Of a stretch of 40,537 bases of DNA, positions 19,395 to 28,447 are shown in pieces (the stretch's first letter is position 1; each line of letters opens with the position of its first letter). The stretch covers positions 1-40,537 of the forward strand of contig JBHLNY010000003.1 of assembly GCA_048941065.1 (NCBI GenBank), given 5' to 3'. Source of the DNA: Promethearchaeota archaeon. GTDB lineage: Archaea > Asgardarchaeota > Lokiarchaeia > Sigyniarchaeales > SOKP01. The notes under the pieces were generated by a model. It saw only the letters and a list, made by a program, of their open reading frames with translations, ran no database searches and was not told the DNA's origin. Position numbers and translations under genes: made by a program.

Positions 19395-20132
19395 TTATTC
19401 TGGTATTAAATCTTGCTTTAAAAGTACTGTTAATGACAGTGGAATAATCCAGAGAAGTATTGAAAAGAGTAGCATCCATTCCCATAATGCTTCCATAGTT
19501 AATAGGAATATAATTAACATAATTATTGGTCCAAATATCCCGTAAATTCCAAATGCTTTATTTATTTTCATATCATATAAAACAATGATCCATCCAATGA
19601 AAAATGCTCCAAGGGCAAATCCTGCGAAGGAAAAGAAAGAAAATACATCATGATATCCAGCAAAATCGAGTAAATCATAATTTCTATCTTCAGACCAAAT
19701 ACCTACCCCGACATAAGCAAAATTTCCAATTAAACTAAAGAAAAAAGCATTACTACTCAATCTAAACCTAAGACGAGAATAGTGTTGGCGTCCTATGTCT
19801 TTTCTAGATGGTAAAGGAGCCATTAATTTCTCTATATAAAAAGTCAAAGGGATGGTTAATATACCTCCAATTATACATGTAATATCATATAAGATTGGAG
19901 CTGGTGTATGTTTTCTTCCTCCAAGATCAGAAATCATATGTGTCCAAATAGTATAACCATTTGGACCTAGTAAAGCAGCTATTATAACTTCAATTAGAAG
20001 TAAAGAAAGATAGGTTAGGATTACAATCAGAGAGATTTTTTTAACAAAATCATAATTAGTGACTATATTGTAAAATTTAGCTCTTATTTTATTTATAGAC
20101 TGGCGTATTGACATAATGATTTTCATAATCAA
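19395..20132 (-). CDS. Membrane protein, DUF998/Frag1-DRAM-like
   Basis: GYTIWTHMISDLG motif, conserved His (YHDVFS), LWEW; ~6 TM. Confidence 0.65.
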   Translation of the reverse strand: MIMKIIMSIRQSINKIRAKFYNIVTNYDFVKKISLIVILTYLSLLLIEVIIAALLGPNGYTIWTHMISDLGGRKHTPAPILYDITCIIGGILTIPLTFYIEKLMAPLPSRKDIGRQHYSRLRFRLSSNAFFFSLIGNFAYVGVGIWSEDRNYDLLDFAGYHDVFSFFSFAGFALGAFFIGWIIVLYDMKINKAFGIYGIFGPIIMLIIFLLTMEALWEWMLLFSILLWIIPLSLTVLLKQDLIPE

Positions 20133-20280
20133 TCTTTTATAAAATTAATGAAAACCTTATAGCAATCTTGATACATGAAATCTTGTAGAGAAGTAAGCAA
20201 AAGAATTTGCACAAGACGTAAATATTAAATACCTTATATGCTTATATTTTGAATAATCTAATGATTCTTTTTAAAAAAGT

Positions 20281-20940
20281 GTGATTTATATGGATAACAA
20301 ATTAAAAATTAAATTAGGAATTATTTTTCTTGGATTAGGAGTTGGTTTCTTACTTATAATTATTGGATTAGCATCAGTTCCACGATTACAGATACCTATA
20401 CCATTGGTAATTTTTGAAATTTTTCCGTTTGTTGGTTATGGATTTCTTATGTCAGGGCTTTCTTATAAAAATAAGGGAATAATGTTGATGGTTACTGGAA
20501 TAATTTTTATGTTACCAATGTGGATTCATGGTACTGTATTGCTTGTTAATCCAACCATAGCTTGGGTTGACTTGATAATAGCTATTTATATCACTTTACA
20601 TTTATTTTTAGCGCTTATATTCATTTTTCCAGCAATTTATTTAATTTATACACATATACCATCTCCAAAAATCCAATATTACAGTCCTTTAGTAGGTTGG
20701 TCGATAGGTATAACAATATTAACATTAATATGTACAACCATAATTACGACTGCAGGAGGCGCAATTGCAAATTCTAGTCAGGGAGTTAATTTTAGAGATT
20801 ATTTTTTCAATAGTTTTGGATACTGTTTAGGGCTAGGTTTTCTTTTAAGTAATCTTCTTATCGGTTTAGGTTATATACTTCAAGGAGCGGGGGTTTCTGG
20901 TTATTCCGTTCCATCGGGAGCTTCAATTCCCACTTCATAA
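20281..20940 (+). CDS. Hypothetical multi-pass membrane protein
   Basis: 219 aa ORF, ~6 hydrophobic segments, no recognised motif. Confidence 0.6.
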   Translation: MIYMDNKLKIKLGIIFLGLGVGFLLIIIGLASVPRLQIPIPLVIFEIFPFVGYGFLMSGLSYKNKGIMLMVTGIIFMLPMWIHGTVLLVNPTIAWVDLIIAIYITLHLFLALIFIFPAIYLIYTHIPSPKIQYYSPLVGWSIGITILTLICTTIITTAGGAIANSSQGVNFRDYFFNSFGYCLGLGFLLSNLLIGLGYILQGAGVSGYSVPSGASIPTS

Positions 20941-20991
20941 ATAGTATTCAAGTCTTTTTTATAGATAAACTACGTACGTATATCATTAATT

Positions 20992-21429
20992 ATGGGTATA
21001 ATAGCAAGATGTAAGGAAGAGGTAGGGATTTCTGCAGTTGATTTCTTTAGTTTTATTCATATAACTTTGGGATATTTAATTTTTTTAGCTTATTATGGTG
21101 CGTTCGATCTATTTTTTGGAATCTCTTTTAATCCTTATTACTTTGGCCTGAATTTTCTTGCAGCAATACTTTGGGAAACGATTGAGAATTTTATTCTCTA
21201 TGAAATAAAGCTTAAATATGACCATAGAAGAGATACTAAAATTAATTCTTTTATGGACATACTTTTATTTTATTTAGGAGGTTTAATAGGAATATATACT
21301 ATTTTTCTTAAGTTACCTTTATTTTTCATAAACACATGCATTGTTTTATCCAGTACATTGCTTATAACCGACATCTATGCTTTAAAAATATTAAAACCAA
21401 AAGAACATAAACAAGCAACTAAATCTTAA
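20992..21429 (+). CDS. Membrane protein, DUF2585-like
   Basis: DFFSFIHITLG, LWETIEN, DTKINSFMDI pattern. Confidence 0.55.
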   Translation: MGIIARCKEEVGISAVDFFSFIHITLGYLIFLAYYGAFDLFFGISFNPYYFGLNFLAAILWETIENFILYEIKLKYDHRRDTKINSFMDILLFYLGGLIGIYTIFLKLPLFFINTCIVLSSTLLITDIYALKILKPKEHKQATKS

Positions 21430-21576
21430 TATATTTCGATCAAATTAGTTCTTTATATATTGGCTATATATATAAGAAATTCTTCAAAACCTAATGGAAA
21501 ATATTTTTATAATGGAATGTTTTATCTTGATAATAATTAATTAAAGAGAATTTTTAAAAGATTTAAATTTCCCTTC

Positions 21577-23187
21577 ATGTCAAAACTCAATAGTCAACCC
21601 CTTGAAATATATAAGAAACGTAAAGAATTAGGATTAGAAAATTCTAAAAATTTATTGTCAGAAATTATTGAAACAAATAAAAGCAATAATATAAGACAAG
21701 AAGCGATCAAATATCTGGGATTAATTAGTAGTGATTCGCCATCATTGAAAAAAGAATGTTTTGATATATTCGAAAACCTGTTAATTACTGATGAAGGGAT
21801 TGAAATTAAATGTGAAGCAGCAAAAGCGATAGGTAAAATAAATTTTGAAAAAGGCTTGAAGCCATTAAGGTGGGTATTAGAACAAGACTCAGTAAATCAT
21901 AATGTTAAATTGTCAACCTTAAAGGCTATTAAAAAGATCAAATTTGAAGACTCTGAAATTCAGCTATTCATTAATGAGCTAGATAGTAGATATCCTTCTA
22001 TTAGACAATTTGTAAAAGATGAACTATTAAGCCTTACTCCAGAACTGTTAATTAATCGACTAGTAACATCTTTAAGAAAGAAAAAGTATTCAGAAGAACA
22101 TAAAATTGAGATTTTAAAACTAATTGGACATGATTTATCAAGCATTAATATAGCTTTTAAAAATATAAGCTATTTGAAAACAAAGTATCCTGAAATTGTA
22201 GATGAATTAATCCAAAATAAAGCATTAATATTAGATATCGTTACCCTGATTTTAAATCAGGAAGACTCAGAATTAATGGAGTGCGTTATTACAATTTTTA
22301 AAATCCTAGGAAAGGATGTAAACAGAGATTTAATTAAATTACTATTAGTTGATGATTTTATTGTTAAAAAGAATGCGATAATCTTATCGGGGAAACTAAA
22401 ATTAAAAGAAGCTGTAGATTTTCTGACATCTAATTTGGATGATATTTATAGTGAAGTTACTATAGCATCAATCATAGCATTAGGAGAAATCGGTGATATT
22501 TCTGCTGTTCCAGAGCTTTTAGATATTTTAAACATCGAAGATATTAGCTTTGAGTATACAGATTTAGATTTAAAATGGTTTATTATAGAAGCCATTAAAA
22601 AAATCTATATAAACAATCGCAAAGTATCTTATGATTATTTGTATTCACATTTAAGCTCTGATAATATTACAATTAAAGAAAATATACCGATTATTTTAGG
22701 GGAAATTGGGAAAGATGAATTTGTTGAACCTTTAATTAATTTATTAAAGATAAAAAATCTTGATGTTAAGAAAAATGCTATCATTGCTCTTGGAAAAATC
22801 GGAAGCATTAAGCCATTAGAAAATCTTATAGAAGTATTAGATGATAGTGATGCATACTGGTTAATTAAGAAGGTTGCTGCCGACGCTATTTATCATGTTT
22901 TTCAAAAAAATTGGTATAAAATAAAAGACGAAGACAATGAACTGAGAAGATTACTTAGTAAAGATATTGCGATGTTATCTGAATATCTAAGAAATAATGA
23001 TACAGAAAATTTCAAGGTTAAACTAAGTTTAATTAAATTTTTAGAAACATTTGGTGAAGAATCAGCATTGAGTGCTCTGTTAAAACGAGTAAACGATTTT
23101 CATAGAATAGTGAGAATTCACGCTTCAAATGCAATTAAGAAAATTGAAGAAAAGCTTGAAGAAAGCCAAGATTTAATGGATTCATAA
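21577..23187 (+). CDS. HEAT-repeat (PBS lyase-like) protein
   Basis: Repeated vk..Ai.aLG.ig...av..L units across 536 aa. Confidence 0.85.
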   Translation: MSKLNSQPLEIYKKRKELGLENSKNLLSEIIETNKSNNIRQEAIKYLGLISSDSPSLKKECFDIFENLLITDEGIEIKCEAAKAIGKINFEKGLKPLRWVLEQDSVNHNVKLSTLKAIKKIKFEDSEIQLFINELDSRYPSIRQFVKDELLSLTPELLINRLVTSLRKKKYSEEHKIEILKLIGHDLSSINIAFKNISYLKTKYPEIVDELIQNKALILDIVTLILNQEDSELMECVITIFKILGKDVNRDLIKLLLVDDFIVKKNAIILSGKLKLKEAVDFLTSNLDDIYSEVTIASIIALGEIGDISAVPELLDILNIEDISFEYTDLDLKWFIIEAIKKIYINNRKVSYDYLYSHLSSDNITIKENIPIILGEIGKDEFVEPLINLLKIKNLDVKKNAIIALGKIGSIKPLENLIEVLDDSDAYWLIKKVAADAIYHVFQKNWYKIKDEDNELRRLLSKDIAMLSEYLRNNDTENFKVKLSLIKFLETFGEESALSALLKRVNDFHRIVRIHASNAIKKIEEKLEESQDLMDS

Positions 23188-23340
23188 AATAATTTTATAA
23201 TTTTTACTTTATCAAAAATAAGTAAAGAGAAGTAATTAATTACCTATTTGTTGAATAATCTTTATTTTTTTTAATCCATTTATTTTAAATAAGATTTTAA
23301 TGAAATAATATAATTCAGAGTAATTAATGGCAATAAGAAG

Positions 23341-24828
23341 ATGAGTAAAGAAAAAGCAGAAGATAAATCCAAATACGATTATTCCTTTGACTATATTCAA
23401 AAAAAGTTAGAAGGAAAAAAGGATAGCTATGGAATGCTTATGAAAGAGATAATTCGAACGGGTATTTGCACTGAATGCGGTACTTGTGCTGCCGTATGTC
23501 CAGTTCTTGAGTGGGATGATCTAGCAGGCCAACCAAAATTAATAGGCAAATGCACAGGTTGTGGGATATGTTATAATCAATGTCCTAGAACCATCACAGA
23601 TCCTATTCAGTTAATGGGGGATTTCAAGTCTGGCTATGTAGCAAATACAAATATTCCTGAAGTAATTGGAGGACAGGATGGAGGGACAGTTACATCTCTT
23701 CTTTGTTATCTTTTTGATGAACATTTGATTGATGCAGCTATAGTCACAATGAAAGATGAGAATAATCCTTGGCATCCAGTAGCTCAAATTATTACAAGTA
23801 AGGATGATGCAATAAAAGCATCAGGTTCTATTTATAGTCATTCTCAAACTGTTGAAGCTCTTATGGATGCTATAAGAGCAGATTATAGATCTATTGCTTT
23901 TGTTGGTACTCCTTGTAATATCGATGCTGTTAACAAAATGACGAGTTCTCCAGCAGGAATGCTGAAATACTTTATGAGGGCTCATATATTAACTATTGGA
24001 TTATTTTGTATGGATTCATTTTCTCCAGAAGCCCTATATCCTACTTTTAAGAAAGATGGAATTGACCTGAAAAAAGTACAAAAAATGGATATAAATAAGG
24101 GGAAATTTCATATTTATTATGACCCTAAAGGAGATCCAGTTAAGTCATACACAATTAAAGAATTAGACAAGTTTAAATCTTCCAGTTGTAATTTTTGTAC
24201 TGATCTAACTGCTGAAAATGCTGATATCTCTGTAGGATCAGTCGGAAGCGGTCCAAATAAAAATACAGTATTTGCTAGGACAGGAATAGGTACTGAAATT
24301 GTTCAAGACGCTGCTGAGAAAGGTTACCTTAAAATAGAACCCTTTGATGCTATTAATTTAAACTCAGTTTTGTTCTTAGCTAAACTTAAAAAAGTTTCTC
24401 AATACACCATACAAAAAAGAAAAGTCTTTATTGTAAAGGATACCGAAGAAAAAGAAGTACCTAAGATTCAAACTGGACCTGAGGAGGAAAAGCCTGCTAC
24501 TGCTAAAGCTTTTGGTGCAAGGAAATTCTTAAGTGTTTCAAATGCATTAAATGAAGAAGACAAAATTTTGAATATCTCATTAACAAACACTATTGGATTT
24601 GTATTAGAAGATATGAAAATCAGAATTGTAACGGTGGAAGATTTATTCGAAAAAAGACCTTGGATAACCACTATTACAGAAATATTTCCCTATGAAACCA
24701 TTGATATAGGTTATCCTTTAGAAGTAGAAGAAAGTGAACCTATTAATGCAAATATTTTAGTTGAGGCATCAACAGAAGCTTTTGGAAAAATATTTTCCAG
24801 AACTCTTAAAATAACACCAAAGGAATAA
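23341..24828 (+). CDS. FrhB/FdhB-family protein with C-terminal beta-sandwich-like extension
   Basis: CTECGTCAAVCP, CTGCGICYNQCP, GQDGGTVT, FVGTPCN, GLFCMDSF, CNFCTDLT..ADISVGSVGS; ~130 extra C-terminal residues. Confidence 0.88.
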   Translation: MSKEKAEDKSKYDYSFDYIQKKLEGKKDSYGMLMKEIIRTGICTECGTCAAVCPVLEWDDLAGQPKLIGKCTGCGICYNQCPRTITDPIQLMGDFKSGYVANTNIPEVIGGQDGGTVTSLLCYLFDEHLIDAAIVTMKDENNPWHPVAQIITSKDDAIKASGSIYSHSQTVEALMDAIRADYRSIAFVGTPCNIDAVNKMTSSPAGMLKYFMRAHILTIGLFCMDSFSPEALYPTFKKDGIDLKKVQKMDINKGKFHIYYDPKGDPVKSYTIKELDKFKSSSCNFCTDLTAENADISVGSVGSGPNKNTVFARTGIGTEIVQDAAEKGYLKIEPFDAINLNSVLFLAKLKKVSQYTIQKRKVFIVKDTEEKEVPKIQTGPEEEKPATAKAFGARKFLSVSNALNEEDKILNISLTNTIGFVLEDMKIRIVTVEDLFEKRPWITTITEIFPYETIDIGYPLEVEESEPINANILVEASTEAFGKIFSRTLKITPKE

Positions 24829-24922
24829 AAATATATGAAATTTTTTTTAAAAAAGTTAAATGAAATAAAAAATTATAAAATTTAATCATAAAGAAAGATA
24901 CACAATAAAAAAGGTTGATAAG

Positions 24923-25831
24923 TTGAAAATTTCATTAGTCGGTTTATCTGGGTGTGGAAAGACAAGCTTGTATTCTGTAGCGTTTGCAGAAAAAAGCGCA
25001 CAAGAGACAAAGAGTCTATCTCCAACTATATTATATGAGACAAGACGCCATCCTTTTTTAGGTTTACAAGTTGGCATTTTTGATTTTGGAGGTCAAGAGC
25101 AATATCGAAAAGAATACATGGAAAAACCCGAAATTTTTCGAGGTACAGATATTCTTATTCCTATTGTGGATTTACACGATCCTAATAATTTTGAACAGGC
25201 AAAGGAATATTTTGTAGGTTTATTAGATGTATATCGAAAAAATAATGAAAAACCGAAAATTTTTCTATTTCTCCATAAATATGATACTGAGGATTACCAA
25301 AAAGAATTATTGGATACAAATGTTAAAAAAGCGAAGGAAATCTTCTTAGATTTATTCAAAGATTATGATTTTGAATATAAATTAACAAGTATTTATCTGC
25401 AAGATGAATTAGCAAAAGCTTTTAGGGATCTCCTAATCTCTTCTTATGCTGATTTAAAGGCTCATGTAGAAAAAGCAGAAACTCAACTTGATGAGATTAA
25501 AGCTAAAGTTATAATTGCAGATATTTCAGGAAATGTTATAGTTCATAATGTTCAAGGAGTGAGTAGTGGACTAACATTACGAGGAGACTTAAGAGATTTT
25601 ATTAATGCTTGCAACGCAGTTCGAGAAAACATCTTTATGTCAGATTCCGCTGACTTTAAAGGTAGAAACGAGGATGGAAAGGAGGTTGAGTTACATATAT
25701 TTAAATATATAATTTCAGTACTTGTTATGAAATCGGGAGAAATAGACAGGGAATCTCAAGATAAATTAAATACACTTTTAAATGATATGAAACTTTTTGC
25801 TGATTTAATTATTTCAGCTCATACAGAATGA
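24923..25831 (+). CDS. Rag/Gtr1-like small GTPase with C-terminal (roadblock/longin-like) domain (TTG start)
   Basis: G1 GLSGCGKTS, G2 PT, G3 DFGGQ, Rag-type G4 HKYD, G5 TSIY; ~120-aa C-terminal alpha/beta domain. Confidence 0.82.
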   Translation: MKISLVGLSGCGKTSLYSVAFAEKSAQETKSLSPTILYETRRHPFLGLQVGIFDFGGQEQYRKEYMEKPEIFRGTDILIPIVDLHDPNNFEQAKEYFVGLLDVYRKNNEKPKIFLFLHKYDTEDYQKELLDTNVKKAKEIFLDLFKDYDFEYKLTSIYLQDELAKAFRDLLISSYADLKAHVEKAETQLDEIKAKVIIADISGNVIVHNVQGVSSGLTLRGDLRDFINACNAVRENIFMSDSADFKGRNEDGKEVELHIFKYIISVLVMKSGEIDRESQDKLNTLLNDMKLFADLIISAHTE

Positions 25832-25895
25832 ATAATAAAAAAATAAGTCTATTTTTTATATTTCTTTATTTTTGAGATATTTAATCAATTATTAT

Positions 25896-26357
25896 TTATC
25901 TTTCAATGAAGTAAGCAAGATTATCAATGAATTTATCTACCTTATAGTCTTGATCAGGTTCAGCAGGTCCCTTAACTGCTGCCATCTTTATCTCTAAAAC
26001 TTCTGGAAGAATATCATTTGCAACATTACTATCTTCTAAAATTTTTCCCATTTTATCAAAATCATCATCCCATGGAGAGCCGTGAGTATAAAGAGTAGCT
26101 GCTTTTGGAATGGGTTGTTTCAGAAGTCCACTTAGTTTTTTTACAAAACCTTTTACTTTTTTATCAGGGCTACCAACTACGATACGAGCACCTACAAGTA
26201 ATACATCTGGTGGATCATTTGCAACATCGTCCGGAGTAATTTCTTTTACATTACTTATCTTCACATCATAGTTCTCTTTTAATCTACGTTCTATTTCTTC
26301 ACACCATATACCACAATTTCCATGTTTCGTATTATATATAATCCAAATTTTAGTCAT
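25896..26357 (-). CDS. Flavodoxin-like protein
   Basis: IWIIYNTKHGNC phosphate-loop-like start, DVLLVGA, flavodoxin-sized (153 aa). Confidence 0.7.
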   Translation of the reverse strand: MTKIWIIYNTKHGNCGIWCEEIERRLKENYDVKISNVKEITPDDVANDPPDVLLVGARIVVGSPDKKVKGFVKKLSGLLKQPIPKAATLYTHGSPWDDDFDKMGKILEDSNVANDILPEVLEIKMAAVKGPAEPDQDYKVDKFIDNLAYFIER

Positions 26358-26500
26358 CTATTCGACACCTATTAATTCTTTCATTGTTATTAATTGGTAT
26401 AAAAATTATGAATTGGAGTCCATCTTTTATAATACTTTATTAATCTTCATTTTTAATATTTCGGTTGAACAATAAAAAATTTATTCTATACTTACAGAAT

Positions 26501-26629
26501 ATGAATAAGGTGATAGCTAGATGTGCGTAGGCTAATAATAGTGCTATTATAAAGGAATATCGCGATAAGGATCCAAAGTGGAACGGTGTTTCTGAAATTA
26601 TTCAGATTTTACAAAAAAATTCAAGTTAG
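26501..26629 (+). pseudogene. Degenerate remnant of a tag 5' end
   Basis: MNKVIARCA*ANNSAIIKEYRDKD aligns to adjacent Tag MVKRCGWAIHNLQMREYHDKE; TGG->TAG at 26528-26530. Confidence 0.6.
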
Positions 26630-26640
26630 ATTAGAAAAAT

Positions 26641-27225
26641 GTGATTAGAATGGTAAAAAGGTGTGGGTGGGCTATTCATAATCTACAGATGAGAGAATAT
26701 CATGATAAAGAGTGGGGTACTCCTATACATGATGATCGTCTCCTTTTCGAATTTTTAATATTAGAAGGAGCTCAAGCTGGATTAAGCTGGAGTACAATTT
26801 TACAGAAAAGAGAAAATTTCAAAAATGCATTTGATAATTTTAATGCTAATAACATTGTAAAATATAATAATCAGAAAATCGAAGAATTAATGAATAATGA
26901 AGGTATTATAAGAAATAGATTAAAGATAAATGCAGTAATTGCGAATGCAAAGGCATTTTTAGGGGTCCAAAGAGAATTTGGTACATTTGATAACTATATT
27001 TGGCAGTTTGTAGATTATAAACCAATTGAAAATAATTTTAAGGAACTCTCAGAACTACCCTCAAAGACTGAACAATCAGAAAAAATGAGTAAAGATTTGA
27101 AAAAGAGGGGTTTTAAATTTGTTGGTCCAACCATCTGTTATGCTTTCATGCAAGCTGTTGGTATGGTTAATGACCATATCATCAATTGTTTTAGATATAA
27201 TGAAATAAACAAAATGCAGATATAG
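26641..27225 (+). CDS. tag: DNA-3-methyladenine glycosylase I (probable start ATG 26650)
   Basis: RCGW, YHDKEWG, LEGAQAGLSW, IIRNRLKI, GFKFVGPTICYAFMQAVGMVNDH..C. Confidence 0.96.
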   Translation: MIRMVKRCGWAIHNLQMREYHDKEWGTPIHDDRLLFEFLILEGAQAGLSWSTILQKRENFKNAFDNFNANNIVKYNNQKIEELMNNEGIIRNRLKINAVIANAKAFLGVQREFGTFDNYIWQFVDYKPIENNFKELSELPSKTEQSEKMSKDLKKRGFKFVGPTICYAFMQAVGMVNDHIINCFRYNEINKMQI

Positions 27226-27295
27226 AAGTTCAATTATTTTTATTTTAATAACAAAATTTTTATTTTTGTAATAGAATTTTCAAAGAGATAGAAAA

Positions 27296-27457
27296 ATGAG
27301 GTGCGAAGGATGTCTGCAGAAAGAAGGATTATTTATGTGCTTTTTTAAAGATAGGAAAAAAGAAGCTTATTTTTGCGCTAAATGTTTAGCTGAATTGTTA
27401 AGGAAAGATCCTTCTCAAATCTATAATATGAGTAAACTTGAATATACATGGAAATAA
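27296..27457 (+). CDS. Small CxxC..CxxC zinc-finger protein, 53 aa (not in ORF track)
   Basis: MRCEGCLQKEGLFMCFFKDRKKEAYFCAKCLAELLRKDPSQIYNMSKLEYTWK*; fills the gap and ends 6 nt before the convergent HAD gene. Confidence 0.65.
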   Translation: MRCEGCLQKEGLFMCFFKDRKKEAYFCAKCLAELLRKDPSQIYNMSKLEYTWK

Positions 27458-27463
27458 TTAATT

Positions 27464-28180
27464 TCATAACAAATTTAACAAGTCTATTAGATCTCCCTTA
27501 TAGGTGGGTTCAATATTACTTTGATTCAATCCTGTATTAGAATTAAGAATAAGAAAAGTTTGCATTCCTAATTGACCAGCAATCATATCTTTATCCTCAT
27601 CTCCAACCATCAAGCATGATTCAGCTGGATATCCAATAGTTTCTAGAATCTGTTCATAATATTGGAGATTTAATACGGATTTAGTAGCCCTACTATTTTC
27701 AATAGTAGTTATTAAGCAATATGGAAAGTCTGCTACACCTGCCCATTCTAATCTTTGTTTAATAGCAGTCAAAGGAAGCAGGGGCGTGGTTGCGATAACT
27801 ACATCATATCCTTTATCAAAGGCAGTTTGAATGACGGTCCTCGCTTCTGGTTTTCTACATGTATATTGACGTAAGTTAGAAAAACCTTTTTCATAGAACT
27901 TATCGAAATAAGGTTTAATTTCTTCATAAGAATACCCTTCCAATGGAAAAAAAGCATCAATATAAATTTCTATATTAGTTTTGCGTCCATCATTTTCTTC
28001 AACTGCTTTAGAGGCTTTAAGAATTTTAGCTATAAACTTTTTAGGCAAAATGATATGAGATACACTCTGAGCCAATAATTTTAAATAGTTGGATACAAAT
28101 GAATCTAAATCAATTTCAAGTAAAGTTCCATCTAAATCAAATAGAATAGCTTTTATTTGACTATCCAAACGTTCCTTCAT
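27464..28180 (-). CDS. HAD-superfamily hydrolase
   Basis: ILFDLDGTL, IATT, CLMVGDEDKD. Confidence 0.9.
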   Translation of the reverse strand: MKERLDSQIKAILFDLDGTLLEIDLDSFVSNYLKLLAQSVSHIILPKKFIAKILKASKAVEENDGRKTNIEIYIDAFFPLEGYSYEEIKPYFDKFYEKGFSNLRQYTCRKPEARTVIQTAFDKGYDVVIATTPLLPLTAIKQRLEWAGVADFPYCLITTIENSRATKSVLNLQYYEQILETIGYPAESCLMVGDEDKDMIAGQLGMQTFLILNSNTGLNQSNIEPTYKGDLIDLLNLL

Positions 28181-28447
28181 TAATCTGATTAGTATTTTTA
28201 CCTTTTTAATTGAAATTATGTAATTTGATTTAAATTTTTTCCTTTTTACCTTTTCCAGAAAAAAAAATCACTAATTTAAATGCGTTAAGATATTGTAAAT
28301 TTAAGAATATACTATTTGTAAAAAATAGAAAATAAACAAGCAATATATCTGCCAAATCCTTAATTCTTAACTATTAGTAATAAGGTTTAATAAAATCTTA
28401 TGCTTCTATAAAATTAATAAAAAAAACTTCATTAAATTAATCTAGAC

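Noticed and set aside
20175-20218. ATGAA followed by TCTTGT..GCAAA-AGAA-TTTGC-ACAAGA hairpin
   Set aside because: It lies between divergent genes with no Sec codon and lacks a proper core; no function can be supported.
25829-25846. Sec read-through at TGA stops of the Rag-like GTPase, HAD and surface-protein genes
   Set aside because: No Cys-aligned context and no SECIS-like 3' structure seen; the GTPase and HAD frames close within a few codons.
26528-26530. In-frame TAG as pyrrolysine
   Set aside because: It replaces a conserved Trp (TGG->TAG) in a short decayed fragment, and there is no pyl context in the window.
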